This document shows positions 9,593-17,643 of a DNA stretch of 58,951 nucleotides, one piece after another. This DNA comes from Parcubacteria group bacterium (lineage in GTDB: Bacteria; Patescibacteriota; Patescibacteriia; UBA9934; GWF2-40-263), in assembly GCA_013204395.1 (NCBI GenBank), contig JABMNZ010000002.1:1-58951 (forward strand), written 5' to 3'. Under the pieces are notes generated by a model. It ran no database searches and was not told the origin of the DNA. It saw only the letters and a list, made by a program, of their open reading frames with translations. A program made the translations under genes and the position numbers. Positions within the stretch are counted from its first letter, which is position 1; each line of letters starts with the position of its first letter.

Positions 9593-10516
9593 TTATCCTT
9601 TTCCACTACTTCCTAGCATGCGCATTTTTTGTGAAACTACTTTTGTGATGAGATCTTTGGCTGGGGTGAGGATCTTTCTTGGGTCGAATACCTCGGGTTG
9701 ATCGTGAAGAAACTTTCGTACTCCAGCATCAAAGGCGATGCGCAGATCTGAATCGATGTTTATCTTATCTATTCCCAGACTCACCGCTTTTTTGATGTGG
9801 GCGTCTGAGACCCCCTTAGCGTTCTCGATTTTACATCCGTATTTGATGCACTGCTTCTTAATGTCAGACGGAATACCAGATGCGCCATGGAGGACAAGTG
9901 GAATCTTCACTAAGTCAGATATTTGGGAGAGCCTTTTAAAATCTAGTTGGCTGTCGCCTCCAAATTTGTAGGCCCCATGACTTGTACCAATCGCCACAGC
10001 AAGCGCGTCGCAGCCAGTTCGCTCAACAAAGTCTAGTGCCTGCTCTGGATCCGTTAGGTGAGCATCCTTCTCCTCGACAGATACAAAGTCTTCAATGCCA
10101 GCAATTGCTCCCAGCTCTGCTTCTACAGAGATCCCGAGCTTGTGTGCCATTGTGACGATCTTTTTTGTAACCTTAACGTTCTCCTTATAGGGAAGTGATG
10201 AGCCGTCGAACATGACGCTCGTGTACAAACCACTTTTGATAGCTTTGACCACAAGGTCATAGTTTTTCCCATGGTCTAGATGAAAGACTACTGGGCGTTT
10301 TGACCTTTCGGCTGCTAAATGAACAAGAGCCCCAAGCTCTTCCATGCCAGCGTAGTCGATGGCACCTTCGCTGGTCGAAATGATCACTGGGGATTTTTCC
10401 TGTTCAGCTGCCACCATGACAGCTTGGAGAGTTTCAAGATTATTGATGTTGAATGCACCAACGGCATAGCCGCCGCGATTGGCTTTGTTTAAAACAGTGG
10501 CAAGTGATGTCAGCAT
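9593..10516 (-). CDS. fba: Class II fructose-1,6-bisphosphate aldolase
   Basis: HLDHG, VEAELG, GTSHGAYK, LHGASG, KINIDSD. Confidence 0.95.
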   Translation of the reverse strand: MLTSLATVLNKANRGGYAVGAFNINNLETLQAVMVAAEQEKSPVIISTSEGAIDYAGMEELGALVHLAAERSKRPVVFHLDHGKNYDLVVKAIKSGLYTSVMFDGSSLPYKENVKVTKKIVTMAHKLGISVEAELGAIAGIEDFVSVEEKDAHLTDPEQALDFVERTGCDALAVAIGTSHGAYKFGGDSQLDFKRLSQISDLVKIPLVLHGASGIPSDIKKQCIKYGCKIENAKGVSDAHIKKAVSLGIDKINIDSDLRIAFDAGVRKFLHDQPEVFDPRKILTPAKDLITKVVSQKMRMLGSSGKG

Positions 10517-10518
10517 AC

Positions 10519-11481
10519 TTACAGTGCAGTAGGACGATATGATTTATTCTTTTTGATTCTTGATAGAATTTCAGTGTGTGTTAACAGGCCTGGGACTGGT
10601 CCAACGTGCTGAACAACTTCTGCTGAATTTATTGCTCCCCATATAAGCCCCTCTTCCACACCCTTTCCATGTAAACGAGCTCCTAGGTAAGCGGCTGCGA
10701 AACTGTCACCAGCACCAGTTGCTTCCACTCGTTTTGCTGGAAACATGGGGATCTTCCAGAGGGTTTTTCCATCGTAACCGTAGGCTCCATTGCGAGCATC
10801 TGTAATGATAACTTCACTGGGCCCCATTTTAAACAATCGTTTTGCCATTTGAGGTACGCCAATTTTTTTGCTCTTTAAGATCTCTCTTCCTTCACCGACG
10901 TTCACAAATAAGACATCAGTAACAGCTATTAGGTCATAGAGCTCTGGTTTTAGGTCTGCTATCTGTTTGTTTCCTGGGTTAAAAGCGAGCTTTGTCTCGC
11001 CCTTTTTCATGAATTTTATGACCTGCTTGAAAAGTTTGTCATAGCCATTGCCCATTTCAGAGACAAATAACCATTTTGTAGACAGACGTTTGGGGAGCTT
11101 GTACTGCTTTAGGATATATGAAACGAGAATCGTTTTTTCTCCCTGGAGGGTTAGTACGGCACTGAACGCACTTTTCTCTCCTTTGTGTGGAGTGATAAAG
11201 CGCGTATCAACACCTTCATTTGAAAGGTCGCGCTGTGCCTGTAGGTAGGTTTGGTCCTGACCCATGTTAGAAATCACTGCCGTTTTGAAGTTCATTCGAG
11301 ACAGAGCTGTAGCAACATTCGGGGCAGAACCAGCGGTTTGTTGGTCCAAGACTTCGACACTGATCTTTTCACCAAAATCGAAGGAAACCTTTTTTTCTTT
11401 CAAATTACATTTTTGTAAACATTGGTCGAGAGAGATGAAAACGTCTAGTTTTACATCGCCTATAGAAACGAGGTCATACAT
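10519..11481 (-). CDS. PfkB-family carbohydrate kinase (second copy)
   Basis: AGSAPNVA and EATGAGDSF motifs. Confidence 0.92.
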   Translation of the reverse strand: MYDLVSIGDVKLDVFISLDQCLQKCNLKEKKVSFDFGEKISVEVLDQQTAGSAPNVATALSRMNFKTAVISNMGQDQTYLQAQRDLSNEGVDTRFITPHKGEKSAFSAVLTLQGEKTILVSYILKQYKLPKRLSTKWLFVSEMGNGYDKLFKQVIKFMKKGETKLAFNPGNKQIADLKPELYDLIAVTDVLFVNVGEGREILKSKKIGVPQMAKRLFKMGPSEVIITDARNGAYGYDGKTLWKIPMFPAKRVEATGAGDSFAAAYLGARLHGKGVEEGLIWGAINSAEVVQHVGPVPGLLTHTEILSRIKKNKSYRPTAL

Positions 11482-11555
11482 ACGTCAGTAGTATAGCAAT
11501 TCTTGCTATACTGAGCGAAGAGTAAAAAACATCCGCGTAATGCGGATGTTTTTGG

Positions 11556-12722
11556 TTATCTTGATTTCAGTGAGCTGTCGGGTTTTTTGCCTCCCCATTT
11601 TTTTGGTGTGCGAGATAGAGCTTCTTTCATAATGTTGTCTCGAGAGATTTGAAGTAGGTTTTGTGCAGCTGTGATGTGGGCAGGGATTGCTGGCACACGC
11701 TTACCAAGTTTTCTTTGAAGTACTCGGTCAGCGGCAAGTGCGATGAATGGAGCTGTTACTCCCAAGCCTTCTTGGACCTGACGAGGGGCGCCCGATTCAC
11801 CGAATCGATCCTGTGCACCAATTCGTTCAACTGGCACTGGCGTTGTAAGGGCTAATGTTTCACATACGGCCCCAGCGAGTCCGCCTGCCACCTGAGCTTC
11901 TTCAACTGTCACAATGGCACCGGTTTCCTTTGCTGCCTGTACGATGAGTTTAACGTCTAATGGCTTGATGGTGTGACAATTAATCACACGACATTCAATT
12001 CCATGATCTGTGCTGAGCAGTTCTGCTGCAAGTAGGGCCTCATATACCAGTGGTCCAGCTGCAATAATCGTTAGGTCTGTTCCATGTCGGTATGTTTCAG
12101 CGCGACCAACTTTGAACGGTGTGTTTGCCGTAGTGAAGGCTGGTGAGCCTGCACGAGCAAAACGGAAGTAGTATGGACCTTTACGTTTAGCACCCTCCAG
12201 GGTGGCTTTTTTTGTTTCGAGATAATCGCAGGGGACTACCACGGTCATGTTTGGTACAGCTCTCATGATGGCGATGTCCTCAAGCATTTGATGAGTTGCA
12301 CCATCGGGTCCAACGGAGAGACCGGCGTGTGCACCTGCGATCTTTACGTTTGAATTCTGTAGAGCGATGGTCGTTTTAATTTGCTCCCAGTTGCGTCCGG
12401 GGGAGAATGCAGCATAGCTGGATATGAATGGAACCTTACCCGCCATGGCAAGTCCAGCACCAATAGAGGCAAGAGATTGCTCTGCAATACCCATCTGAAT
12501 GAAACGATCTGGAAAAGCCTCTTTAAAGGCGAGAGACCGTGTTGATTCTGTTAGGTCACAACAAAGCACCACAACGTTTTTGTTGTTCTGTCCTGCTTCA
12601 ACAACACCCTCACCGTAGCCATTGCGGGTAGGAATTTGTTTAAGCTTGGTTGGATCAAATAGATGTCGAACAAGTCGAACGTCCTTATTGATGCCAAGTC
12701 TTGGAGCTTTTGTTTTTGCCAT
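11556..12722 (-). CDS. Transketolase C-terminal subunit
   Basis: GIAEQ, GPDGATHQ, HTIKPLD motifs. Confidence 0.93.
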   Translation of the reverse strand: MAKTKAPRLGINKDVRLVRHLFDPTKLKQIPTRNGYGEGVVEAGQNNKNVVVLCCDLTESTRSLAFKEAFPDRFIQMGIAEQSLASIGAGLAMAGKVPFISSYAAFSPGRNWEQIKTTIALQNSNVKIAGAHAGLSVGPDGATHQMLEDIAIMRAVPNMTVVVPCDYLETKKATLEGAKRKGPYYFRFARAGSPAFTTANTPFKVGRAETYRHGTDLTIIAAGPLVYEALLAAELLSTDHGIECRVINCHTIKPLDVKLIVQAAKETGAIVTVEEAQVAGGLAGAVCETLALTTPVPVERIGAQDRFGESGAPRQVQEGLGVTAPFIALAADRVLQRKLGKRVPAIPAHITAAQNLLQISRDNIMKEALSRTPKKWGGKKPDSSLKSR

Positions 12723-12723
12723 A

Positions 12724-13653
12724 TTACTTACGGGAACGTTTCCATTTCACGATAAGCCATACAATGAGAGCGACTGGGATTCCAATGCCTCCACCAACTA
12801 TAACTAGCCAGATTATGAGATTTACAAAACCTTGGGCTAGAGCAACTACAGCGGCGGCGGCGAGCAGGACTGTGGTACCAGGACGGAATGTCTTGCCAGC
12901 GATTTCTATGGTTGGTTCCTCTGAGAGACTTATTGTGATTGTAGAAAGCGATGTTTGTGAGTCGAGATAGTTGATCTGACCTTGGTAACGTTCAATAAGT
13001 TCGCGAGTGACAGTAAGTTCACGCTCAACGGACAGAATATCTTCCACGGTATCTGCACGAGTAAGGATTGCCAGGTAACGCTTTTCTTGTGACTTGGCGT
13101 TGTTGAGTCGTGCGAGCACGTCAACGTAATCTTCTGTTACGTCATCGGCTCCAACACTTTCACTTTCAACAACATTGGCATATCCCTTCACACCTTCCAT
13201 TGCCGCCGTGAAGTTTTCTACGGGGACCCTGATGGTAACTGATGCGTGACGTGTTCCGTCCGTTCCTTCGTAAGCATTCTGTCTTTCCACATACCCGTCA
13301 TTAACTGTCGCAATCTGTCCGATATTGTCGGATGTCTCGTCAACGTCGTCAACGATAAGTTCTAGCGAGCCAGTTTTAATGATTTTTGGATCCACCACGG
13401 TTCCATCACCCATGGTGACAGATTTACCTGATCGTACAGAAGTGTTTCCACCGTAATCTCCTGATTGATCAAAGGCCATCATGGACTCAGCATCCGCCAT
13501 GCCTGAGAGTGTGGTTACAGGGGCGCCATAAGACGCTGTAGAGGCACTCATTTCATATATTACATCTCGACCTGAGATGAAGAAGAAAAAGAGTATAGCT
13601 ATTAAGCCAATGCCTGCTAGGGCCCATAGACCGTATTGTTTGAAATTATTCAT
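12724..13653 (-). CDS. DUF4349-domain membrane protein
   Basis: ASVTIRVP..DVTEDYVDVLARL..IERYQGQINYL..TITISLSE; two TM segments. Confidence 0.85.
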   Translation of the reverse strand: MNNFKQYGLWALAGIGLIAILFFFFISGRDVIYEMSASTASYGAPVTTLSGMADAESMMAFDQSGDYGGNTSVRSGKSVTMGDGTVVDPKIIKTGSLELIVDDVDETSDNIGQIATVNDGYVERQNAYEGTDGTRHASVTIRVPVENFTAAMEGVKGYANVVESESVGADDVTEDYVDVLARLNNAKSQEKRYLAILTRADTVEDILSVERELTVTRELIERYQGQINYLDSQTSLSTITISLSEEPTIEIAGKTFRPGTTVLLAAAAVVALAQGFVNLIIWLVIVGGGIGIPVALIVWLIVKWKRSRK

Positions 13654-13654
13654 A

Positions 13655-14554
13655 TTATTCGTGTTCGCTTATTATTTTTCCAGAAAGTGTGCGTAGGCTG
13701 GTCAAAGCGTCTTGCGCCTCTTTGCCTGGTGCCGGGGGTTTTCCATGCCAGGTAAAGTCATATTCCATAAAGTCGATTCCGTAGCCCGGGATTGTGTCAG
13801 CTAGGATGACTGAGCATTTTTCACTGACCCCATGAGCACGCTCGACCGCTGTTACGAAATCACGAATGGAGTTTCCGGCGCAACGAATTACATTTAAGCC
13901 AAATGCCTCCAGTTTTTCTTGGAGTGGCTCAAGTGGCATGACGTCTTCTGTTGTCCCGTCGATTTGAATGTTGTTGCGATCTACAATAAAAGTCAGGTTG
14001 TAGAGTTTATTTGCTCCTGCGAACATGAGGGATTCCCAAGCGATACCTTCATTGAGCTCTCCATCACCTGTGACGCAGTAAACGCGCCAAGGTGATTGGT
14101 CCATGAGTCCTGCGTACGCCATCCCCACTGCCTGGGCCATGCCTTCTCCAAGTGGGCCAGAAGTTGTTTCTAGGGCCTCCATGTATTCTCGTTCTGGATG
14201 TCCTTGGAGGGGGGAACCTAGTTTGCGAAGGGTCATCAGGAGCTTTTTTGGAAAGTATCCTGCATGAGCCATGGTTACATAGCGCACGGGGGTGATGTGT
14301 CCATTTGATAGTATGAGGCGATCACGGTCTTTCCAAATTGGTTTTTTTGGATCGTGGACAAGGACGTGGAAGTACAGGGCAGTGAAAATATCTGCCATGC
14401 CCAAAGGGCCTGCACTGTGACCAGAACCTGCTTCGACTAACATGTCGATTATGTCCTCGCGGATGTCCCCAGCCTTTTTCTCGAGTGTTTTGAGTTTACG
14501 GTCATGTAAGTGCAATGGTTGTCGCACTTTTGGACCTAGTGTTAAGTTTGGCAT
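13655..14554 (-). CDS. Transketolase N-terminal subunit
   Basis: SGH, RDRLILSNGH, LQGHP, TPP motif GDGELNEG..DRNN. Confidence 0.95.
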   Translation of the reverse strand: MPNLTLGPKVRQPLHLHDRKLKTLEKKAGDIREDIIDMLVEAGSGHSAGPLGMADIFTALYFHVLVHDPKKPIWKDRDRLILSNGHITPVRYVTMAHAGYFPKKLLMTLRKLGSPLQGHPEREYMEALETTSGPLGEGMAQAVGMAYAGLMDQSPWRVYCVTGDGELNEGIAWESLMFAGANKLYNLTFIVDRNNIQIDGTTEDVMPLEPLQEKLEAFGLNVIRCAGNSIRDFVTAVERAHGVSEKCSVILADTIPGYGIDFMEYDFTWHGKPPAPGKEAQDALTSLRTLSGKIISEHE

Positions 14555-14608
14555 AGTGAGTGTATTTTAGCATGACTGTGGAGTTCGTGGAGAGGGAGGG
14601 TTGTGGTG

Positions 14609-14688
14609 AGGGAAGCTGGTCACGGGAACGAACTTGTGAGATCGGTCGCATATTGCCGACTCAAAGTTGTTCTCGTGCCCACTTCCCC
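14609..14688 (+). repeat. Diverged copy of intergenic hairpin repeat family
   Basis: Core AACTTGTGAGATCGG..CCGACTCAAAGTT resembles copies at 34.4, 46.0 and 53.8 kb. Confidence 0.5.
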
Positions 14689-14755
14689 AGGTCGTGCGGT
14701 GTGGTGGTGGGGGAAATAAAATAAGGGGCATCGAGCCCCTTATTTTATTGTTTTT

Positions 14756-15577
14756 TTACTGGGCGGTGATAGTTGCTGTTACTGCTGAGTCGTACTTGTC
14801 GTGGTAAGTGTAGGTGCCTGCTTCGAAGTTTCTTGTGAAGTGGCCGCCTTCGTTTAGGGTTCCTGTACCCCATGAGCCGTCGTCTGCACTAGCACCGTGC
14901 TTTTCTGCACTGTCGCTTACAAAACGTACAGATGTTCCTGCTTCGATATTGAGAGATGATGGGCTGAATCCTGAGTCACTAACGGTTACTATTGTGTAGA
15001 TTTGTAGGTCTCTGTCACTTCCGATGTCGAATGCGTCTGCTTCCTCTGCACTAGCGTCATACTGGGATGCGAATTCTATTGTAGAACCCATTGTGTAGTT
15101 AGAGAAGAATCCATCTGGTACGTCATCGATCATGGTGTTCCAGTTGGAACCATAGAGAGCTGTGGCAACGCTTTCAGAAGGAATGCTTCGAATGACTCCA
15201 CCAGCCTCTACTACATATACCGTTGGGTCGGAGTTGATTTTGATCATTCTTACACCTGGCTTGTAGGTAACATTTCCACCAATCTGTACCGTGGACATGT
15301 CTGAGTCTGTTAGCCATAGCACGTCATCAAAGTTGTCGTACCATGTGAAGTAAGCTTTGCTGTTAGGGAATACGTATCGGAATCCGTCTGCACCGTAGTA
15401 GTAAACTGCGGAGAATCCTTCTCCACGGATTAGGTCACCAGCTTGTAGGTCTGATGGGTCAACGGTTGCAGTTGCGTTTGCCTGTGGTACAGCTTGTGCA
15501 AAAAGGATTGTGAACGCCAAGGCGATCGTCACAGAGAGCACGGAGAAAAACGTAAGTCGTTTTGTCATAGGATGCAT
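14756..15577 (-). CDS. Secreted/surface protein: CPR-type GDLI..AVYYYG domain plus cupredoxin-like C-domain
   Basis: GDLIRGEGFSAVYYYGADGFRYVFPN; SGFSPSSLNIEAGTSVRF; start uncertain (15577 or 15568). Confidence 0.75.
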   Translation of the reverse strand: MHPMTKRLTFFSVLSVTIALAFTILFAQAVPQANATATVDPSDLQAGDLIRGEGFSAVYYYGADGFRYVFPNSKAYFTWYDNFDDVLWLTDSDMSTVQIGGNVTYKPGVRMIKINSDPTVYVVEAGGVIRSIPSESVATALYGSNWNTMIDDVPDGFFSNYTMGSTIEFASQYDASAEEADAFDIGSDRDLQIYTIVTVSDSGFSPSSLNIEAGTSVRFVSDSAEKHGASADDGSWGTGTLNEGGHFTRNFEAGTYTYHDKYDSAVTATITAQ

Positions 15578-15644
15578 GTTTATAAAGGATAACGAGAAAA
15601 TTATAGCATAAAGCAAAAACGGCCGCGAGGGCCGTTTTCCTCAA

Positions 15645-16457
15645 TTACTCCACAATGATGGCACCTTCAAAAGTGTTCCGATCATCAAGTTTTGAGTAGT
15701 AAATCCAGGTTCCAGCTTCAGTAAAGTAACGGGTGAAGTGACCATCTGGCTGCATGGTTCCCGAACCCCACAACTTATCAAACTCTGTCGCGGTATGGGT
15801 TTGTGATCCGTTGTTGATAAACCGGACCGCTGTTCCAGCTGGAATAGTTATGGTTGGGTCGACATAACCACTATCTGTAATGGATATCTGACGTGCAGGC
15901 ATAAGCCCCTTGTCGTCATCTATGTCTCTCGCATCTAGACTCTCGGTTTCAACAGAGAACTGCCCAGCAAACTCTAGGGAACTTCCAATGGAGTAGTTTG
16001 GGAAGAATCCATCTGGCACATCATCTACCATTGTGTTCCAACTTGATCCATACAGTTCTGTTGCCACAGCTTCTGATTCGATCCCGCGAAGCACGCCACC
16101 AGCACCCACAGCATAGACCGTTGGGTCTGAAGTGATCTTGACCATTCTTACTCCTGGCCTGTAGGTCACGTTGCCACCAATCTGGATGGTGGACATGTCT
16201 GAGTCTGAGATCCAGACAACATCGTTAAAGTTGTCGTACCAAGTGAAGTAAGCTTTGTCGTTTGGGAAGACATAGCGCATGCCGTCTTCTCCGTAGTAGT
16301 AAACCGCAGAGAAAGACTCACCACGAATGAGGTCACCGGCAGACAGATCATCTGGGGAGACTGTAGCAGCGCTGGCTGGCATGGCCATGAGTAGTAATCC
16401 AATTGTCATGGCTAGGATTCCGAGGAATTGATTTTGTATTGAAAAGGTTTTGTTCAT
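15645..16457 (-). CDS. Tandem paralog of the 14756 surface protein
   Basis: Near-identical GDLIRGESFSAVYYYG..QIGGNVTYRPG domain. Confidence 0.8.
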   Translation of the reverse strand: MNKTFSIQNQFLGILAMTIGLLLMAMPASAATVSPDDLSAGDLIRGESFSAVYYYGEDGMRYVFPNDKAYFTWYDNFNDVVWISDSDMSTIQIGGNVTYRPGVRMVKITSDPTVYAVGAGGVLRGIESEAVATELYGSSWNTMVDDVPDGFFPNYSIGSSLEFAGQFSVETESLDARDIDDDKGLMPARQISITDSGYVDPTITIPAGTAVRFINNGSQTHTATEFDKLWGSGTMQPDGHFTRYFTEAGTWIYYSKLDDRNTFEGAIIVE

Positions 16458-16467
16458 ATATTTGTTG

Positions 16468-17121
16468 TTATTGGCCCCCGAGTCTCTTGTTTAACTCTTG
16501 TAGTTTACCAGCAGGGTCTGAATCTTTGAAGACGAGTGAGGAGGCGCAGAGGCGATTGGCGCCTGCCTGCACAAGAGAATCAATGATCTCATCTGTCAGC
16601 CCACCGTCCATTTCTATGATGAGATCCTCGCGATGGTGGCGTGCTTGTTTAATTTTTTCCAAGATCGAGTCCCCCAAGAAAGCTTGCCCAGACGCACCGG
16701 GGTGTACCCCCATCATAGTGAGCTGGTCGATTACATGCATCACGCCTTCGAGTGCAGACAGTGGAGTTTCTGGATTGATGGCCACACCAGCCTCTAGTTT
16801 CAAGACTTCCTTTATGTGATCTATTACCACGCCTGTTGGTCTGCTTATTTCATCGTGCACGATCGCTCGTACTAGGCCCGGGACATGTTGCTTCCATTCA
16901 TCGATGATTGGGATCGGATTTTCAACCATGAGGTGCAGCTCCATCTTTACATCTGTACGCAGGGAACCGACTTTTACGGGATCAAACCAGTTGGTCACGC
17001 CAAACATTGACCCATCAAGAACATCGACCTGGATTAGGTCTGTGTAAGGTTCAATAAGTCGGAGTTTTTTTTCAAACTCATCGAACGACTCGGCCAGGAT
17101 AGCTGGGACAATTATGCTCAT
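16468..17121 (-). CDS. rpe: Ribulose-phosphate 3-epimerase
   Basis: QVDVLDG, ELHLMV, MGVHPGASGQ, EMDGG. Confidence 0.93.
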   Translation of the reverse strand: MSIIVPAILAESFDEFEKKLRLIEPYTDLIQVDVLDGSMFGVTNWFDPVKVGSLRTDVKMELHLMVENPIPIIDEWKQHVPGLVRAIVHDEISRPTGVVIDHIKEVLKLEAGVAINPETPLSALEGVMHVIDQLTMMGVHPGASGQAFLGDSILEKIKQARHHREDLIIEMDGGLTDEIIDSLVQAGANRLCASSLVFKDSDPAGKLQELNKRLGGQ

Positions 17122-17582
17122 ACTCCAAATTCTTGATTCTCGATTTCCTTAACTTTGTTTAGTCGGCGTATGTGACGTTCTGATCCAGAGAACTCTGTGT
17201 TTAGCCAAGCCTCAACGATTTTTAATGCTTCTTTGTTTTTTACGTGACGACCAGGGAGGCAGAGTATATTTGAGTTGTCGTCTTCGCGGGCACTTTTGGC
17301 AACTTCTTCGTTAAATCCAGTTGCTGCTCGAACCCCCTTTACTTTGTTGGCGACAATGCAGATCCCTTGAGCATTTCCACAGATAACAATGCCGTGCGAT
17401 CCTTCATCGGCGATTACTCTTTTGGCAACAGCATGTCCAAAGGCTGGATAATCGTCACCTTCTACAAGATTTTGATTACCCATGTCGACAACTCGATAAT
17501 CTTCCTTTTTAAGGTGTGCTTCAATTACCTCCTTGAGCTCCCATCCTGCGTGGTCAGCTCCTATGTATATAGTTGGTTTCAT
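17118..17582 (-). CDS. rpiB: Ribose-5-phosphate isomerase B
   Basis: GADHAG, DDYP, GIVICG, AREDDNSNILCL. Confidence 0.95.
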   Translation of the reverse strand: MKPTIYIGADHAGWELKEVIEAHLKKEDYRVVDMGNQNLVEGDDYPAFGHAVAKRVIADEGSHGIVICGNAQGICIVANKVKGVRAATGFNEEVAKSAREDDNSNILCLPGRHVKNKEALKIVEAWLNTEFSGSERHIRRLNKVKEIENQEFGV

Positions 17583-17643
17583 ATACCGCTATCCTACCAG
17601 TTTCATTGATTTTTCTTATCCACATGAGTAAACTCTCTTCTGT

